Shown piece after piece: positions 63,601-64,000 of a stretch of DNA of 64,000 bases; positions within the stretch are counted from its first letter, which is position 1, and every line of letters starts with the position of its first letter. Made by a program: the position numbers and the translations under genes. The notes beneath the pieces were generated by a model. The model had not been told where the DNA came from, did no database searches, and saw only the letters and a program-made list of their open reading frames with translations. Source of the stretch: Lama guanicoe (Eukaryota). The stretch is taken from positions 3,348,001 to 3,412,000 of the forward strand of contig MU054212.1 of NCBI GenBank assembly GCA_013239625.1, given 5' to 3'.

Positions 63601-64000
63601 GGCTCTCTGACCTTCCCTCTCCTGCCCTCTTTCCTTTTAGCTTAGAAAGTGAAATAGGCTTCAGACAAAAAAAAGAAGCTTGCAGAATCTGACATCAATT
63701 TCTCAAAAGGAAAATGGCGTATTTTTTATTTTACAGAAAAAAATGCTATAGTTTAAAAACTATATTTGCTGTAGATATCATTATACTTTAGAGCATTTAA
63801 GAGTGGAACCGTTTAACCCTTTCTAAATACCTAGAAATGTGTATGTGGGCTATTAAACATGGTGCTTCCTTCCTCTTTTGTTATTATGAATACATGTCGA
63901 TCACAACAGAATCTATAAATGTCCAGTAAACATGATAATATATTACCCCAAATGGAAGTTATACTATAGCATAGATTCATGAACAATGCAGGAAGTAATT

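Overview
This is AT-rich, repeat-dense mammalian DNA, probably intronic or intergenic. A Vic-1-like tRNA-derived SINE at ~42.06 kb points to a camelid (inference from recalled consensus). I found no protein-coding gene I can name; most listed ORFs are chance or fall inside repeats. Main structures: (1) a degenerate ERVL-class provirus (~10.7-15.6 kb) with three nested insertions: MER53, a 5'-inverted (twin-primed) L1 and an ERV1-like solo LTR; (2) a young minus-strand L1 (32.4-33.7 kb) with a perfect 14-bp TSD, an open ORF2 3' end that has lost its stop codon, and a probable short 3' transduction; (3) a ~99%-identical head-to-tail 2.13-kb tandem duplication (48.3-52.5 kb); (4) an apparent poly(A)-only insertion with a 14-bp TSD; (5) solo LTRs, MIR, L2 and old L1 fragments, hairpins and enhancer-like motif clusters; (6) a weak chain of candidate minus-strand exons. 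Repeat family names come from recalled consensus sequences, not a search. Boundaries of old repeats are approximate.
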